From Eledone cirrhosa (lineage: Eukaryota), in contig OZ024743.1 in assembly GCA_964016885.1 (NCBI GenBank), positions 207,390,001 to 207,454,000 of the forward strand: a stretch of DNA of 64,000 nt. Direction: 5' to 3'. Under the pieces are notes generated by a model, which did not search any database, was not told the DNA's origin, and was given only the letters and a program-made list of their open reading frames with translations. Positions within the stretch are counted from its first letter, which is position 1, and every line of letters begins with the position of its first letter. The position numbers were made by a program, and so were the translations under genes. Below, one piece after another: positions 40,349-54,001 of the stretch.

Positions 40349-40811
40349 CAGACAGACAGACACAGACAGACACAGACAGACACAGACACAGACAGACACA
40401 GACACAGACAGACACAGACACAGACAGACACAGACAGACACAGACACAGACACAGACACAGACACAGACAGACACAGACACAGACAGACACAGACAGACA
40501 CAGACAGACACAGACAGACACAGACAGACACAGACAGACACAGACAGACACAGACAGACACAGACAGACACAGACAGACACAGACACAGACAGACACAGA
40601 CAGACACAGACAGACACAGACAGACAGACACAGACACAGACACAGACACAGACACAGACACAGACACAGACACAGACACAGACACAGACAGAGACACAGA
40701 CAGACACAGACAGACAGACAGAGACAGACGCACAGACAGACAGACAGAGACAGACGCACAGACGCACAGACGCAGACAGAGGCAGACAGAGGCAGACACA
40801 GGCACAGAGAC
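40349..40811. repeat. Compound (GACA)/(CAGACA)n microsatellite at the 3' end of the Tx1-type LINE
   Basis: Direct observation. Confidence 0.95.
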
Positions 40812-41033
40812 AAATTTCTGTTTATTTGCCACTAGGGCACAAAAGAAAGGGACATGTACATGGGTTAGGGGAGTTTACATAAATATCGAGTAAGAAAAAT
40901 ATAACAAACAAAATAGTAACAAGAAGGTCCTCAATAGGGAGGGATCGTTTTGGGGTCACACACACCCCCGAAAAATGTGCGACCCTTCTCCACAGGACCA
41001 CAAAGAGAGGGTGCTCCCTTCTTCCTTTTCCAC

Positions 41034-44000
41034 CTACAGGCTGAGGTAGAGAGAAGGCCCATTCACACGGGCCATTCTTGCAACTTTCACCCACCTTTCA
41101 TAAAACTGGCTGGGGTGCAGCACCTCTCTCTCCATCCTGATCCTTCTTCCGAAATGGTATCGGAAGAAAAGGACCAGTTGTTGGCCGGAAAGAAAGGTGT
41201 CCGACCTCAGCCCTTTCAGACGCGTCCACCATATAACCTCTTTTACCATGGCTATTACACAGAGGAAGACCGCCTCTCCTTCATTTTTGATGGGGGGAGG
41301 CGGCTTGATCGTTACAATGGACTCGGTGGTCAACCTAATTGGTCCCACCCATGACAGCAGTTGTTCGACATAGCCCCACAGATCGGCAATGCCCGGGCAG
41401 TGCACCAATGCGTGCGCGACGGTTTCCTCATCGCGCACGCATCTGGGACAGATCTTTTACGAGGGGTCCCTACCCGGGCGCCCGTGTCTGTAGAGCTTAT
41501 CCCGAACGGGCAGAGCCCCTCGGTAACACTGCCAGGCCAAGGACTTCTGGAAGTTGTCCATAGGTCCCGGGACGAAAGTCCTACCGAATAGACTGGCCAG
41601 TTCGTCCTCCTCCATGCCTAGGGTTTCTCCGAGGGCGCCGTCGCATCCGCTAACCACCAGCCCTCTATAGAATGACAAGGTGGAGTCTCCATCGATAGCC
41701 GGGTCCGCCTGCCAGAGAGCCGTGAGCACCTGGGCACACTCGGTGTGCCAGTCGCCCAGTTTTCTCGGTCTTTGCTTCACCCAGGACTGCAGCTCAGTGA
41801 GCGAGACGAGCCTCGGGAAGGCTCGCCTCACAAACTGAAATAAAAGGAAATAAAAGAGGGCGCGCTCCATTTTGGCGAGGATCTCACCCGGGCAAGGCAC
41901 GACAGTCAAGCGGTAATAGATGACGGACGCTATGTAAGCGTTCGCCACCTCCGCCCGACCTTTCAGGGATATTTTGCACTCGGCCCACTTCTGGGTCAGT
42001 GCAAACACCCTATTCGTCACCTCACCCCAGTTTTTCTCCACTTGGAGGTCCTGTCCGAACCAGACTCCAAGCAACTTCACTGGGCCCTCCATCTACCGTC
42101 CAATGATACCGTCGGACGACATCGCTTTGCCCCTCCACTCGCCGAGTTGCAAAGTGACTGACTTGTCCCGGTTCAGCTTAGCCCCTGTCAACCTTTCGTA
42201 CTCCTCCAGTAAGGTGCCGATTGCCTCGATTTCCGAGGTGGTCGACAGCATTACTGTTACGTCATCGGCATAGGCCGACACCGCTTTGCGCAATCCCGGT
42301 TCCAAAGGGATGCCTGCAACAACTCCAACTTCCGCAGTAGTGGCTCGAGAGCCAATACATACAGAAGGGAGGAGAGAGGGCACCCCTGTCGGATGGAGCG
42401 GGTGATTTCGAACGGCTCCGAAAGGTAGCCGTTCACCTTGACTCTAGAGCAGATGCGGCTGCTGTGCATGGCAGTGATCCAGCCCCTGAAAACGGGTCCG
42501 AACCCAGCCGCCGCTAGCACCGCATCCAGGTAACCATGGTCCACCCTATCGAATGCTTTAGACTGATCTAAATTTATCAGGGCCCCACCAAAGCCGGATT
42601 CGTTCCCAACCCTCTCTATGATGTATCGCATGAGGTGGAGGTTGTCGTGGATGGACCTGGACGGGATAGCGCATGTCTGCGCATCTCCCACCAGGCCCCC
42701 CACGACAAGCGCCAATCTCTTCGCTAACACCTTGGCCAAAATCTTTAACTCTGCATTTAGCAGTTATGGGCCTAAAATTACTAATGTCATCCCCCTTGTT
42801 CTCGTCCTTCCTCACTAGCGAGACTACACCCTTGGTCACAGAACAGGGAATTATCCCATTCTGTTGCCAGTTGCAGTAGACCGCCTCGAGGAGATCGGGG
42901 AACAAGTCCGGCATATTAATATATAGTTCGTAGGGTAGACCATCGAGCCCTGGAGATTTGCGTTTGCCGCATAGGCTCAGCACGTCCCCTATTTCAGCAG
43001 CTGAGATCGGCCCATCACAGGACCTCGCCTCCTTGTCCGAAAGACGCGGCAAGCCATCGAGGTATGGACCGAAATCCACATCCCCAACCGGCCCCCCGCC
43101 CCTCCCGAACAATCGGGCAAAGTGCCTTTGAAAGGCCTCGCACATTTGCTTAGGTTCAAGGATCAACCGTCCATCCTGGTCTCGCAAAGACCGGATAGTG
43201 GATTTAATCCCACTTTTCGCTTCTGTCACGTGGGCCCAGCTAACAGCTTTGGTCCCCTCGTTTCCCAGAGCACGTATTTTGCTTCGGACAATGCAGCCTT
43301 CGTGTTTCGCGTCGAAGAACTGGTTCAAGACCGTTCTCGACGCTTGCACTCTGGCCACGTTGCCGCTTCTCATTGCCTCTTCAACATTAACTTCCAACTC
43401 CCTTTCCTTCCTATTTCTATCTGAGGCTAACTCCTTACTAACTCCTATTGAAACTACTCTAATCTCTCTTTTTAGAGAGCCCCACCACCTGCTGTTGACG
43501 ATGGCGCCCGTCAACCGCTCCTTAACTAAAGTTCTAATCCGGTCCCTGTAAGCTCTACTTGCCGGTAAGGACAAGTTGAGCTTCCAGTAACCGGGCCCCT
43601 GCCTATGCGTTCTATCAAGGTGGACTACGCAGGTCACTAACTTGTGGTCTGAATAGCCCACCATGAGCATTTCTGGACAACTTAAAAAGTCCCTATCCTT
43701 AATTCTAACTAAGAACCTATCTAGGTACGATCTAGATTGACCACTGTTATTTGACCAAGTCCAGGTTGGCACAGTCGGAAAATCTAGTCGGTATCTATCG
43801 GCCAGGTCAAATCGGCCGATTAACCCCTTAAGGCTGTTACACCCCCCTCTATCGGGACATGCCCCTACATAGTCCCAACGTGCATCTAGGATACCATTCC
43901 AGTCCCCCACTAAAAGCAAGGAGCGGGACGTCCCTAGAAAAGTCTCCAGACGATGGAAGAAGTCCGACCGCATTGCCCCAAAAGGGGCGTATACGGCGAC

Positions 44001-44320
44001 AAGCCTAAAAGCTTCGCCTTCACCATTGCCAAGGTCCAGAACCACGAGTCGACCCTCCGGGTCCAAGTGTACTGTCTGTGTAGCGAGACCCAGATGTTTT
44101 TGCAGCAGAACAACCACACCCCCACCTCCGGGCTGACAGAGAGATGCGTGCATCTCAAAGTCATCAAAGGTGGGGCTAGCTGTCACATGCTGCTGATCCG
44201 GGCCTCGCAAATAACCATCACATTTATACATTGTGACCTGAGGTCACTTAGAAGTTTAGCTTGCTTCCAAGGTGAGCCCAGGCCACGCGCATTTAGACAA
44301 CCTACTCTTAACACAGCCAT
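41034..44320 (-). pseudogene. LINE ORF2 (APE endonuclease + RT), several frameshifts
   Basis: Start MAVLRVGCLNARGL; LVAVYAP, VGDWN, SYLDRFL, SDHK, GPGYWKLN, KSPGLDGLPYELY, LDQSKAFDRVDH, RQGCPLS, SAYADDVTV, EETVAHALVHCP. Confidence 0.9.
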
Positions 44321-44794
44321 GTTGGTGGCAAAGAAAGAGGCACTTACCTCTCTGCGTCCCGGGGTTTGGGCCGCTCAGTTTCCATGGGGCTGGTGGAGGG
44401 GTTGATGGGTGGGGTGGTGGTTTGTGGTGGTGTGGGGGTATTAGTGTGTGTGGAGGGGTTGGGGCGTTTGGAGTTGTGTGGGTGTTTGAGGAGGGGAGGG
44501 GAAAACCTTTCAGGAGGACGCGGTTGAGTGGCCTGGTGCAGGGTGGTCCCATGTCCTCAGGGTAAATGTTTTTCAAAGTTTTGAAAATGTCAAGTGGGAC
44601 TTTCACCATTTTCAGGTTAGGGAGTCCCATTGCCGTTACAAAATTCGGCCCTTCGGTTTGTACCGAACGGTTGTTTTCTATTTTTTCTGTTAGGTTTTTA
44701 TTGTTTTTGTTTATGTATGTGTAGAGTTTTTGTGTTGTTTGTTTTTGCTTGTTGTTCTTGAGTGAGTTTGCGTTTTGTTGTCTGTGTTGTGTTG

Positions 44795-46102
44795 TCAGGT
44801 GGGGTTATTTTTGTTTGTGTGGTGTGTGTACGTTTTTTTCTTTTCACTTTTTGGAAGGGAGCCCCCTCGTCTTCCGACGATATGAGCTCCTCTTCCGTAT
44901 TGGAGGAAAGGGGTATATCTCCGGGTTGTGTATGAACTGCGTGTGTTTTTGTATTTGTGTTCTGAGGAGAGGGGCTGGGTGGGACCGTGTTTTGGGTTGT
45001 TTTCTTGAGCTGTTGTTGATGTTGTTGTTGTGGTGGTGGTGTTGTTGGTTTTTGTTGTCGTTGTGGTGGTGATGGTAGTGTATTTTGTTGTTTTTGTGGT
45101 GGTGGTGCTGGTTGTTTTTGTTGTTGTTGTGGTGTTTGTAGCAGTGGTTTTTTTTGTTGTTAGTAGAGGGCAGGCCGTCCTCAGGTGACCTCTGCCAGCG
45201 CAGTGGTAACATGAGGGTCTCCTGCCTTCCACCGTAATATTGAAGGTTCGCTCATCCAGTAGGACTCGGTCGGGTATTCCGAAGATTCTCTCGGGTGTCA
45301 TCTGTAAGAGAACCTCCAGACTTTTCCCCCCGAACAGTCCACTGGTGGACTCCCCTGCTGAAATAAGGATGTTCTTTTCTAGGTCCGTAAATCCTGTTAG
45401 GACGGACCAGATGTTAACTTCTGGCGTTGGGCTCCACATTCTTATTCTTTGTGTTCTTCTTCCTTTATATGTGGGGAAGAAGGTGTATTGTGGTGACACT
45501 ATAGGTGCCACCGAATATTTTTGAGCCAGCATTTCGTCCTTCATTCTGACCATAATGCTGGCATACAGCTTTCTTCTTTCAATAAAGAGTATGTCCTTTT
45601 TAATGTCTTTCAGAACCAGCTCAATTTGACTTTCTGTCAATTGAGCTGGCTTTCTTGTTGCGTTGGTTATAGTCCTGTAGGTTATGGTATTCCTATATAC
45701 CTGTTGACGAACTTCTTCTGGGGAGTTGATCGTAAAAGAACCATCCTCCCCAAAAGATACGTATTTTCTGGCATCTAGCAAATTTTGCCGAGCGTTAGTA
45801 ATATCTATGGGCTTGTATTCAATAGCTTTCCTGACCGTTTGGGCAAAAAAAATGTTGTTGTCTTTGTTGCTTGTTGTTGTAATGTTGTTGGTTTCATTAT
45901 TTGTGGTGTTATTTTTTTCCTCAAAATTTAGGTTTTCATTCGAATTAGTATTCTTTTTTTTTTCATTGGAGAGGAGGGGCTGTTCAACAGTTTGAATTGT
46001 TGTTCCCTCTTTCTCGCTTATTTTTTTGGTAGGCATGGCGTTAGCTTCCAATATGGCTTCCTTGTTTTCGACGATATCGTTTTCAACGATATCGATAAAC
46101 AT
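44795..46102 (-). CDS. LINE ORF1 with gag-like zinc knuckle
   Basis: CYHCAGRGHLRTAC (CX2CX4HX4C) followed by a Thr-rich low-complexity tail. Confidence 0.8.
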   Translation of the reverse strand: MFIDIVENDIVENKEAILEANAMPTKKISEKEGTTIQTVEQPLLSNEKKKNTNSNENLNFEEKNNTTNNETNNITTTSNKDNNIFFAQTVRKAIEYKPIDITNARQNLLDARKYVSFGEDGSFTINSPEEVRQQVYRNTITYRTITNATRKPAQLTESQIELVLKDIKKDILFIERRKLYASIMVRMKDEMLAQKYSVAPIVSPQYTFFPTYKGRRTQRIRMWSPTPEVNIWSVLTGFTDLEKNILISAGESTSGLFGGKSLEVLLQMTPERIFGIPDRVLLDERTFNITVEGRRPSCYHCAGRGHLRTACPLLTTKKTTATNTTTTTKTTSTTTTKTTKYTTITTTTTTKTNNTTTTTTTSTTAQENNPKHGPTQPLSSEHKYKNTRSSYTTRRYTPFLQYGRGAHIVGRRGGSLPKSEKKKTYTHHTNKNNPT

Positions 46103-46984
46103 TTCTGAATTAAATATTTTTCACCCCAAAAGGCGTGAAAATATATTTACCCTACGTTTCTTTCCACATACATATGTGGTTAAATTCAGTACTTTTCCAT
46201 TACTTGAACTTCCTTGCTGGAGAGGTTTTCATCAAATGATATATTGATGGTGATATATTGACCTCTGATGATTGACTTTCTGGCAAGAGAATTGAAATAA
46301 TAAAAAAAAAAAAAAAGACCTAGTTAACTTTAACAATAATCTCCACAAATAAACGCACGTTTGACAAAATTATATATTTCCAACTCTATTTAATAAAACC
46401 AAAATATATCAGTAGCTGTCGCCATTTCTTCTAACAAAGATCACATTTTGTTTTTCCTTCCAGCATAAAAATTTAATTTTCAGTGAAGCTAATTCTCAAT
46501 TTGTTGAAATTACCTCCTATTTCTTTGAGAATTACCACCAATTGCTGTTCAATACATTGGAAAAATCTTTATCTACACCATTTAGTACCTAATTTAAGCA
46601 GCAATATTATTTTAACTCTGTTAGGTGTATTGTGCAGTCTTTGCTTTGTTCATTGTGCTTCTTGCAGATATAATACCATATCATCATCGTTTTTATTTCC
46701 GTTTTTCCACACTTGGATGGGTTCTTCTCAGAACAGCATCTCTTCACTTGCCACGTTTCTTTGTCATCGCCTCTGAGTCTCAGTGATCTAAGGTCAGCTC
46801 TCACCACCTCTGCCCAGATCTTCCTTGGTCAACTTCTACTGCAGCTTCCACTGAGTTTTCCTGGCACTTCTTTACACATCAATCATCTTCAATGTACATC
46901 ACATGTCCGTACCAACAAAGTCTTTTCTCCTGCACAACATCTCGGATTCCTCTTAAACCTAGCCTCTTCTTCAATTCATCCAAG

Positions 46985-47021
<37 letters not shown>

Positions 47022-47130
47022 ACAGTTAGGCGGCAAGCCGTGCGAAGCACTCAATGTTGTTATGAGGTTCGTATTGTTTGGGTTGTATTCCAGTGTTATG
47101 ACTGTAGTGTGCAGAGTGTATATAGATTTA

Positions 47131-47362
47131 AGAGTCAGTGTTGCAGCATATGTTCAAACTTTATTTGCATATTGCAATTGTTTCGATATCAATCAGTTCA
47201 GGGTACAATCAAGGTGATGGGGCAAAGACGCATATAAACTTGCATATCTGACGAGATGTCAAAGAGTAGGGGCTCTGTCACCTTGATTGTACCCTGAACT
47301 GATTGATATCGAAACAATTGTAATATGTAAATAAAGCTTGTACATATGCTGCAACACTGACT
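47131..47362. repeat. ~90-bp inverted repeat with ~55-bp spacer (Penelope-like inverted pLTR)
   Basis: agtcagtgttgcagcatatg...gggtacaatcaaggtga vs tcaccttgattgtaccc...catatgctgcaacactgact. Confidence 0.8.
47240..47330 (+). ncRNA. Type I hammerhead ribozyme with intact core
   Basis: Stem I ttgcatat/atatgtaa; CTGACGA at 47248-47254; stem II gatgtcaa/ttgatatc; GAAA at 47311-47314; palindromic stem III acaattgt; GUA cleavage triplet ending at 47322. Confidence 0.75.
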
Positions 47363-47629
47363 TCGACTCTCCTAAATCTCTTTCTCTTTTTCTCTCTAAT
47401 GATCATCATCATTACTTAACTAATTTCTATGCTTGCATGGATTCCAATGTACTACAGGGTCCAATATATATCATCATCATTTTACGTCTGCTTTTCCCTG
47501 CTTGCAAAGGTGGGACGGGTCCTATTCAGCACAGCATCTCTCCACTTGTCACGGTCCTTCGTCATCTCCTCCGTGAGCTTCAGCAATCTCACGTCTGCTC
47601 TCACTACCTCCACCCATGTTTTATATCAT

Positions 47630-50600
47630 CATCATCATCATCATCATCATCAACGTTTAACGTCCGTGTTCCACGCTTGCATGGGTTTGGACGGGGGTTT
47701 TCCCACTTGAGGCAAGAGTGATTGTCTTGCTCGCATAGGACTATCTGGCGGGTTTTCTACAGCTGGATGCCCTTCCTAACACCAACCACATTTACAGTGT
47801 GGGCCTGGGAGGTTTTTACCGTGTTGCCTACACGGCCACATTACAGCGTGGACTGTCTGGCGGGTTTTCTACAGCTGGATGCCCTTCCTAACACCAACCA
47901 CATTTACAGTGTGGGGCTGGGAGGTTTTTACCGTGTTGCCTACACGACCACATTACAGCGTGGACTGTGTTTTTTTGTCGTGGCACCTACACGATCTCAT
48001 TTGTTTCGGCCTGGATGTTGTGGCACCAACATAACTTTACATTGAAAGGGGCGGTGTGGATGGGGTGGGTGTGGTGGGACGGGGGTGTATTTTGTTAGAG
48101 ATGCCTACTGGCTGTAGTAGGTTTTACTTTGTATTTAGGTAAGGCGGGTCTTCTCTATTACTGAGTACCGCCAAAGGTCTCGGTCCAGTGACATTGTCTT
48201 GGAGAGGTGTAAGTGTGTGAGGTCGGAATTTATCAGCTCGTCCCAGGTTTTTCTGGGTCTGCCTATTCCGTGGCTACCGTCTATCTTTATTGCCCTGCAC
48301 TTTGTTATACAGCTATCGTCTTTCATGCGTATCACGTGACCATACCAACGTAGCCTTCTCTCGAGTAAACAACATCTGATCCCTCTTATTTCTAATTTTT
48401 TCCTTAGTTCGCTTATGCTTTGCCGTTCACGTATGTTACTATTACACATCCAGCGGAGCATGCAAGCTTCGTTCCTCTCTAGTCTGCGTATATCCTCTGC
48501 ACACAATGCCCAGGTCTCACTGCCATGCAACATTGCTGTTCGTATGCAGGCATCATACAACCTGCCTTTCATTTTTAGGGAGAACCCTTTTGTGGCTAAT
48601 AGTGGTATAAGCTCTCTGAACTTTTTCCATCCAGTTCTGACTCTAGCTACTGTACTTTCAGAGCACCCTCCCCCACTGCTGATTTTGTCACACAGGTAAC
48701 GGAAGCTGTCCACTATTTCTATAGAGCCCTCTGCGCAGTTGAAAGAGCTAGTATTTTGTGGGCACTTGCTGCTACTTATTGCACCAGAGCACCGGCCACA
48801 TGTAAAATCTATATTCTTAGTTAGCTTACCTGTGATCCCACTACATCTTTTATGCACCCATACTTTGCATTTGGGACACAAAATGGAGTTTCTACCTACG
48901 CCTTTCCTACACACTGAGCATGGCCACTTCCCGGAAGGGACTGCTGCCTTATTTTCTTTCCTACAAACTAGAACTTTGGTCTTAGCCAGGTTAATTTTAA
49001 GGCCTTTTGATTCTAGGCCGTGCTTCTATGTTTGGAATTTCTTCTCTAGCTCGGCCATTGATTCAGCTATGAGCGTTAGATCATCTGCGTATAGGAGTTC
49101 CCATGGGCAGCCGGTCTTGAACTCCTCTGTTATAGCCTGAAGGGCAATAATAAATAGTAGGGGGCTAAGAACAGAGCCCTGATGGACACCAACTTTTACG
49201 CTAAACTCTTCACTATATTCGTTGTTAATTCTAACTTTGCTGACTGTTTCTTTATACATGGCTTGTTTTCTAAGAGCCCACCAGATAATAGAACAGGGGA
49301 CTCTGTCGAAGGCTTTCTCCAAGTCGACAAAAGCTAAGTATAGGGGTTTACTTTTAGCTAGGTACTGCTCCTGTAGTTGTCGTAAAATGAAAAGAGCGTC
49401 TGTGGTACTTTTGCCTGACACAAACCCGAACTGCATTTCATCTAGATCAATTCTCTCTCTGATTAGTTGTGCTATTACTTTTTCTGTGACCTTCATGACC
49501 TGGTCGATTAATTTAATGCCTCTATAGTTACTCCTATCTAGGGCATCTCCTTTACCCTTATAACAGTTAACGAAGGCCTTAAAATTAACCTGGCTAAGAC
49601 AAAAGTTCTAGTTTGTAGGAAAGAAAATATGGTGGCAGTCCCATCTGGGAAATGGCCATGCTCAGTGTGTAGGAAAGGCGTAGGTAGAAACTCCATTTTA
49701 TGTCCCAAATGCAAAGTATGGGTGCATAAAAGATGTAGTGGGAGCACAGGTAAGCTAACTAAGAACATAGATTTTACATGTGGCCGGTGCTCTGGTGCAA
49801 TAAGTAGCAGCAAGTGCCCACAAAATACTAGCTCCTTCAACTGCGCAGAGGGTTCTATAGAAATAGTGGACAGCTTCCGTTACCTGGGTGACAAAATCAG
49901 CAGTGGGGGAGGGTGCTCTGAAAGTACAGTAGCTAGAGTCAGAACTGGATGGAAAAAGTTCAGAGAGCTTATACCACTATTAGCCGCTAGAGGGTTCTCC
50001 CTAAAAATGAAAGGCAGGTTATACGATGCCTGCATACGAACAGCAATGCTGCATGGCAGTGAGACCTGGGCATTGTGTGCAGAGGATATACGCAGACTAG
50101 AGAGGAACGAAGCTTGCATGCTCCGCTGGATGTGCAATAGTAATATACGTGAACGGCAAAGCATAAACGAACTAAGGAAAAAATTAGAAATAAGAGGGAT
50201 CAGATGTTGTTTACTCGAGAGAAGGCTACGTTGGTACGGTCACGTGATGCGCATGAAAGACGACAGCTGTATAACAAAGTTCAGGGCAATAAAGATAGAC
50301 GGTAGCCACGGAGTAGGCAGACCCAGAAAAACATGGGACGAGCTGATAAATTCCGACCTCACACGCTTACACCTCTCCAAGACAATGTCACTGGACCGAG
50401 ACCTTTGGCGGTACTCAGTAATAGAGAAGACCCGCCTTACCTAAATACAAAGTAAAAACCTACTACAGTCAGTAGGCATCTCTATCAAAACACCCACCTC
50501 CACCCCATCCACACCGCCCCTTTCAATGTACAGTTATGTTGGTCCCACAACATCCAGGCCGAAACAAATGAGATCGTGTAGGTGTCACGACAAAAAAACA

Positions 50601-51785
50601 CACAGTCCATGCTGTAAATGTGGCCGTGTAGGCAACACGGTAAAAACCTCCCAGCCCCACACTGTAAATGTGGTTGGTGTTAGGAAGGGCATCCAGCTGT
50701 AGAAAACCTGCCAGACAGTCCACGCTGTAATGTGGCCGTGTAGGCAACACGGTAAAAACCTCCCAGCCCCACACTGTAAATGTGGTTGGTGTTAGGAAGG
50801 GCATCCAACTGTAGAAAACCCGCCAGACAGTCCTATGCGAGCAAGACAACCACTCTTGCCTCAACTGGGAAAACCCCCATCGAAACCCATGCAAGCGTGG
50901 AACACGGACGCTAAACCTGATGATGATGATGATACTGCTACGCCAGTCCTTCGGAACAACCCCATTCTGTACGACTTGGTTAACTATCCGGGTGACCATG
51001 GTGTGTCCCACTGTACCAGATGCCTTCAGCATCTCAGCAACTATTTCCGAAGGCCCAGCCACCTTACCCGTCTTCATATCCTTGATTGCCTTACTTATTA
51101 TACTACCCTCGACTAACACTGCTGGTCCCTCTATTGGGTCGATGTGGGGGAGACTGTCTTTCTCCCATTTATTCTCCTCATTTAGTAGCCTTTCATAGTG
51201 ACACTTCCAAGCTACCTTCTTATCAGCGTTGGTGATGGCAAGTACGCCGTCATCATTAAGTACACACTTCTCCCCGACAATATCACGGTTTTCCTTGACA
51301 CATTGCCTAGCAATCCTGAACACCTCACGTTTTTGGTCCTCGCGTTGTAGAACATGCTTGAACTTTCTTTCCTCTGCTTCCCTTCTTGCGAAGTACACTT
51401 GTCTCCTAGCTTCCCTCCTGGCCACTTGATAGTCTTCTCTACTTCCCCCATCCCGCCATACTTTCCAAGCCTGCTTTTTGGCCTTAATTGACCCCTCCAC
51501 CTTACTGTTCCACCACCATGTTACTCTCCTCCTGCCTACAGGCCTGCTCCAGCCACAGACTTCGTCTGCCGCCATCAGCAGGTTTGCTTTCAGGAATTCC
51601 CACTGCTCCTCTATATTGTACGACTCTAATTGTTCTTCCTTACTGTCGAAAGCATCAAGTAATATGCTTTTAAATTTATTTCTGTCTGTGGGGTCCTTTT
51701 GCTTCCATATTTTTCTCCTGAGGATAGTCCTTTTCTGTTGTCTAGTACGTCTCGTCCTGACTATTAGGTCGCTAATTATCAGTCT
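47630..51785 (-). mobile_element. RTE LINE subfamily A, copy 2 (5'-truncated), interrupted by 49572-50933
   Basis: TWWWNSKV...YQVARREARR, RT motifs, C-terminus EKTRLT*, ~500-bp 3' UTR with an internal duplication, (gat)n. Confidence 0.92.
49572..50933 (+). mobile_element. RTE subfamily A, 5'-truncated copy inserted antiparallel into copy 2
   Basis: Frame to the stop at 50444, 3' UTR, and a (gat)n tail fused to the host's tgatgatactgctacg. Confidence 0.9.
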
Positions 51786-52813
51786 ATGTATAATATATAT
51801 ATAGGTTGAACAACCAAACACCTTCATGGACATGAACACTTTATTCAAGAGCTGAGTGGAAGGTTTTACTACCTCATGGTTTTAACTGAAGTCATCTGAG
51901 ATGTTAAGGCGTCGATTTGGTCAACATCCACAGAGAATTATTGGCCAAATGTTGAAATATATCAAATTGGTAATTCCTGTGTTATGTTTAGGAAAGGATG
52001 GAGAGTAAAATAAGTGTTTCCACTCATTACGAAAAAAAAAGCTCCTCGAGAAAAAAAAAAAAAAAGCATCAGTGATTAAATTTCTAATTGTTCAACTCTG
52101 CTATATTTCATTTTAATAACGTCTCACTGCAATGTTGGGTAATATTATCTCTTGTGACTGACACACTGAATATACTTCTGGCAAAACACACAATACATAC
52201 ACTTAAACATAAATATATATATATATATACACACACACACTCATATACACATGCACATACAGTCACATATGCACTCACATACAGTTGCACACATATGCAT
52301 TCACACATTTACACATATGCACACACTCACTCTCATGCTCTGACGCACTTTCACACACTCTCTCACACTCTCACTCCCGCACTCACTCTCACACACACCA
52401 TACACAGACACAGAAGACAGGACTCTCTCTCAAAGCCTGTCTCAAGTGTTGGTGGTCTCATTGGCACCAGTCACCAATTTGGTACTCCTTCTCAAAGCTT
52501 CTCTTACCTTATTGGCACCAGTCACTAGTCTGGTACTCATTCTCAAAGCCTCTCTTACCATATAGTGTTGGTGGTCTTAGTCACATCAATCTGTTATTCT
52601 AAAAAGCCCTCACCATATTGACACCAGTCACCAATCTGGTACTTAGTCTCAAAGTCTCGCTCATATTTCTTGACTCTACACTTCGCATTCTTGGGGAAAA
52701 TTATGGCTACTCCCAATGTTGCAATTCAGTAAAACTTCCTGGAGAATATATATATATATATATATATATATATGGGTGTGTTTGTGCATATATACATATA
52801 CGTGCATATGTAT

Positions 52814-52857
<44 letters not shown>

Positions 52858-52868
52858 ACAGACACACA

Positions 52869-52910
<42 letters not shown>

Positions 52911-53952
52911 GGTGTGTTTTTGTGTAGATATATATATATATGGGTGTGTTTTTGTGTAGATATATATATATATATATAAAAATAGTTTATACCATTGTTT
53001 CCAAAGTTACAGAATTCCTTATTTTCTAGTGTTTGTATAATACAGAGAAGACTGTATTGTAAATCACTAGTCCTAACTTATATATCTCTAGTCTTCCCTA
53101 CAGAGAAGACTGTATTATGTCACTAAATCAGACAAGGGCATTAGTTAAGATAAGTAATAAAACTAACAATATGAAAGTAAATAAGAGTGAACAACTAAAG
53201 TCAGAATAATTGAAATAACACTCAGTTGAGTCATTAGTTCATAATTCTTTCATCATCATCATCATCATCCCCATCGTTTAATGTCCATTTTCCACGCTAG
53301 CATAGGTTAGTCGAGGTAGATGTTCATGTCTTGCTCATACAGAACTGATTTTGGCTTGGTTTCTTTGGCTGGATTCCCTTCCTAACACCAACTACATTTA
53401 CAGTGTGGACTGGGTGCTTTTTGTTGTGGCACCTACACGACCACTTTACAGTGTTGACTCGGTGCTTTGTATGTCTGTCTGTCTATCTGTATGTATATAT
53501 ATATATATATATATATATACATACAGATAGACAGTTTGTACAGATAGACAGTTTGTATAGATAGTTTGTATAATTTTGTACATAGATCTGTTGAATATGC
53601 ATGCCAATTCTAACACATATATATCCTAGAAACGATCGTTAAATAATGAACTTTTTTTGTTTAATATAAGGAACTGTTTCATTGTTTTATTCATTATTTT
53701 TTTAATATTTTATCTTGACTCTGTATTCCGTTTATCTTTCACCGAAAGTGATTTTTCATTGCATCTCTTCTTTCCATGATATCCGGACTACATTGAGTTC
53801 TTCATACGGATTGGACACTACCGTAAACTCTTGGTAGATTTATCTACATATATATATATATATATATATACACACACTCATATACACATGCACATAGTCA
53901 CATACAGTCACACACATATGCATTCACACATATACACATATGCACACACTCA

Positions 53953-54001
<49 letters not shown>

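Larger units (their letters stand above)
40812..46160 (-). mobile_element. Near full-length Tx1-type (L1-group) LINE
   Basis: Two-ORF layout: CCHC ORF1, then APE-RT-Cys/His ORF2; AATAAA on the minus strand at about 40821-40826 just before the microsatellite. Confidence 0.85.
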
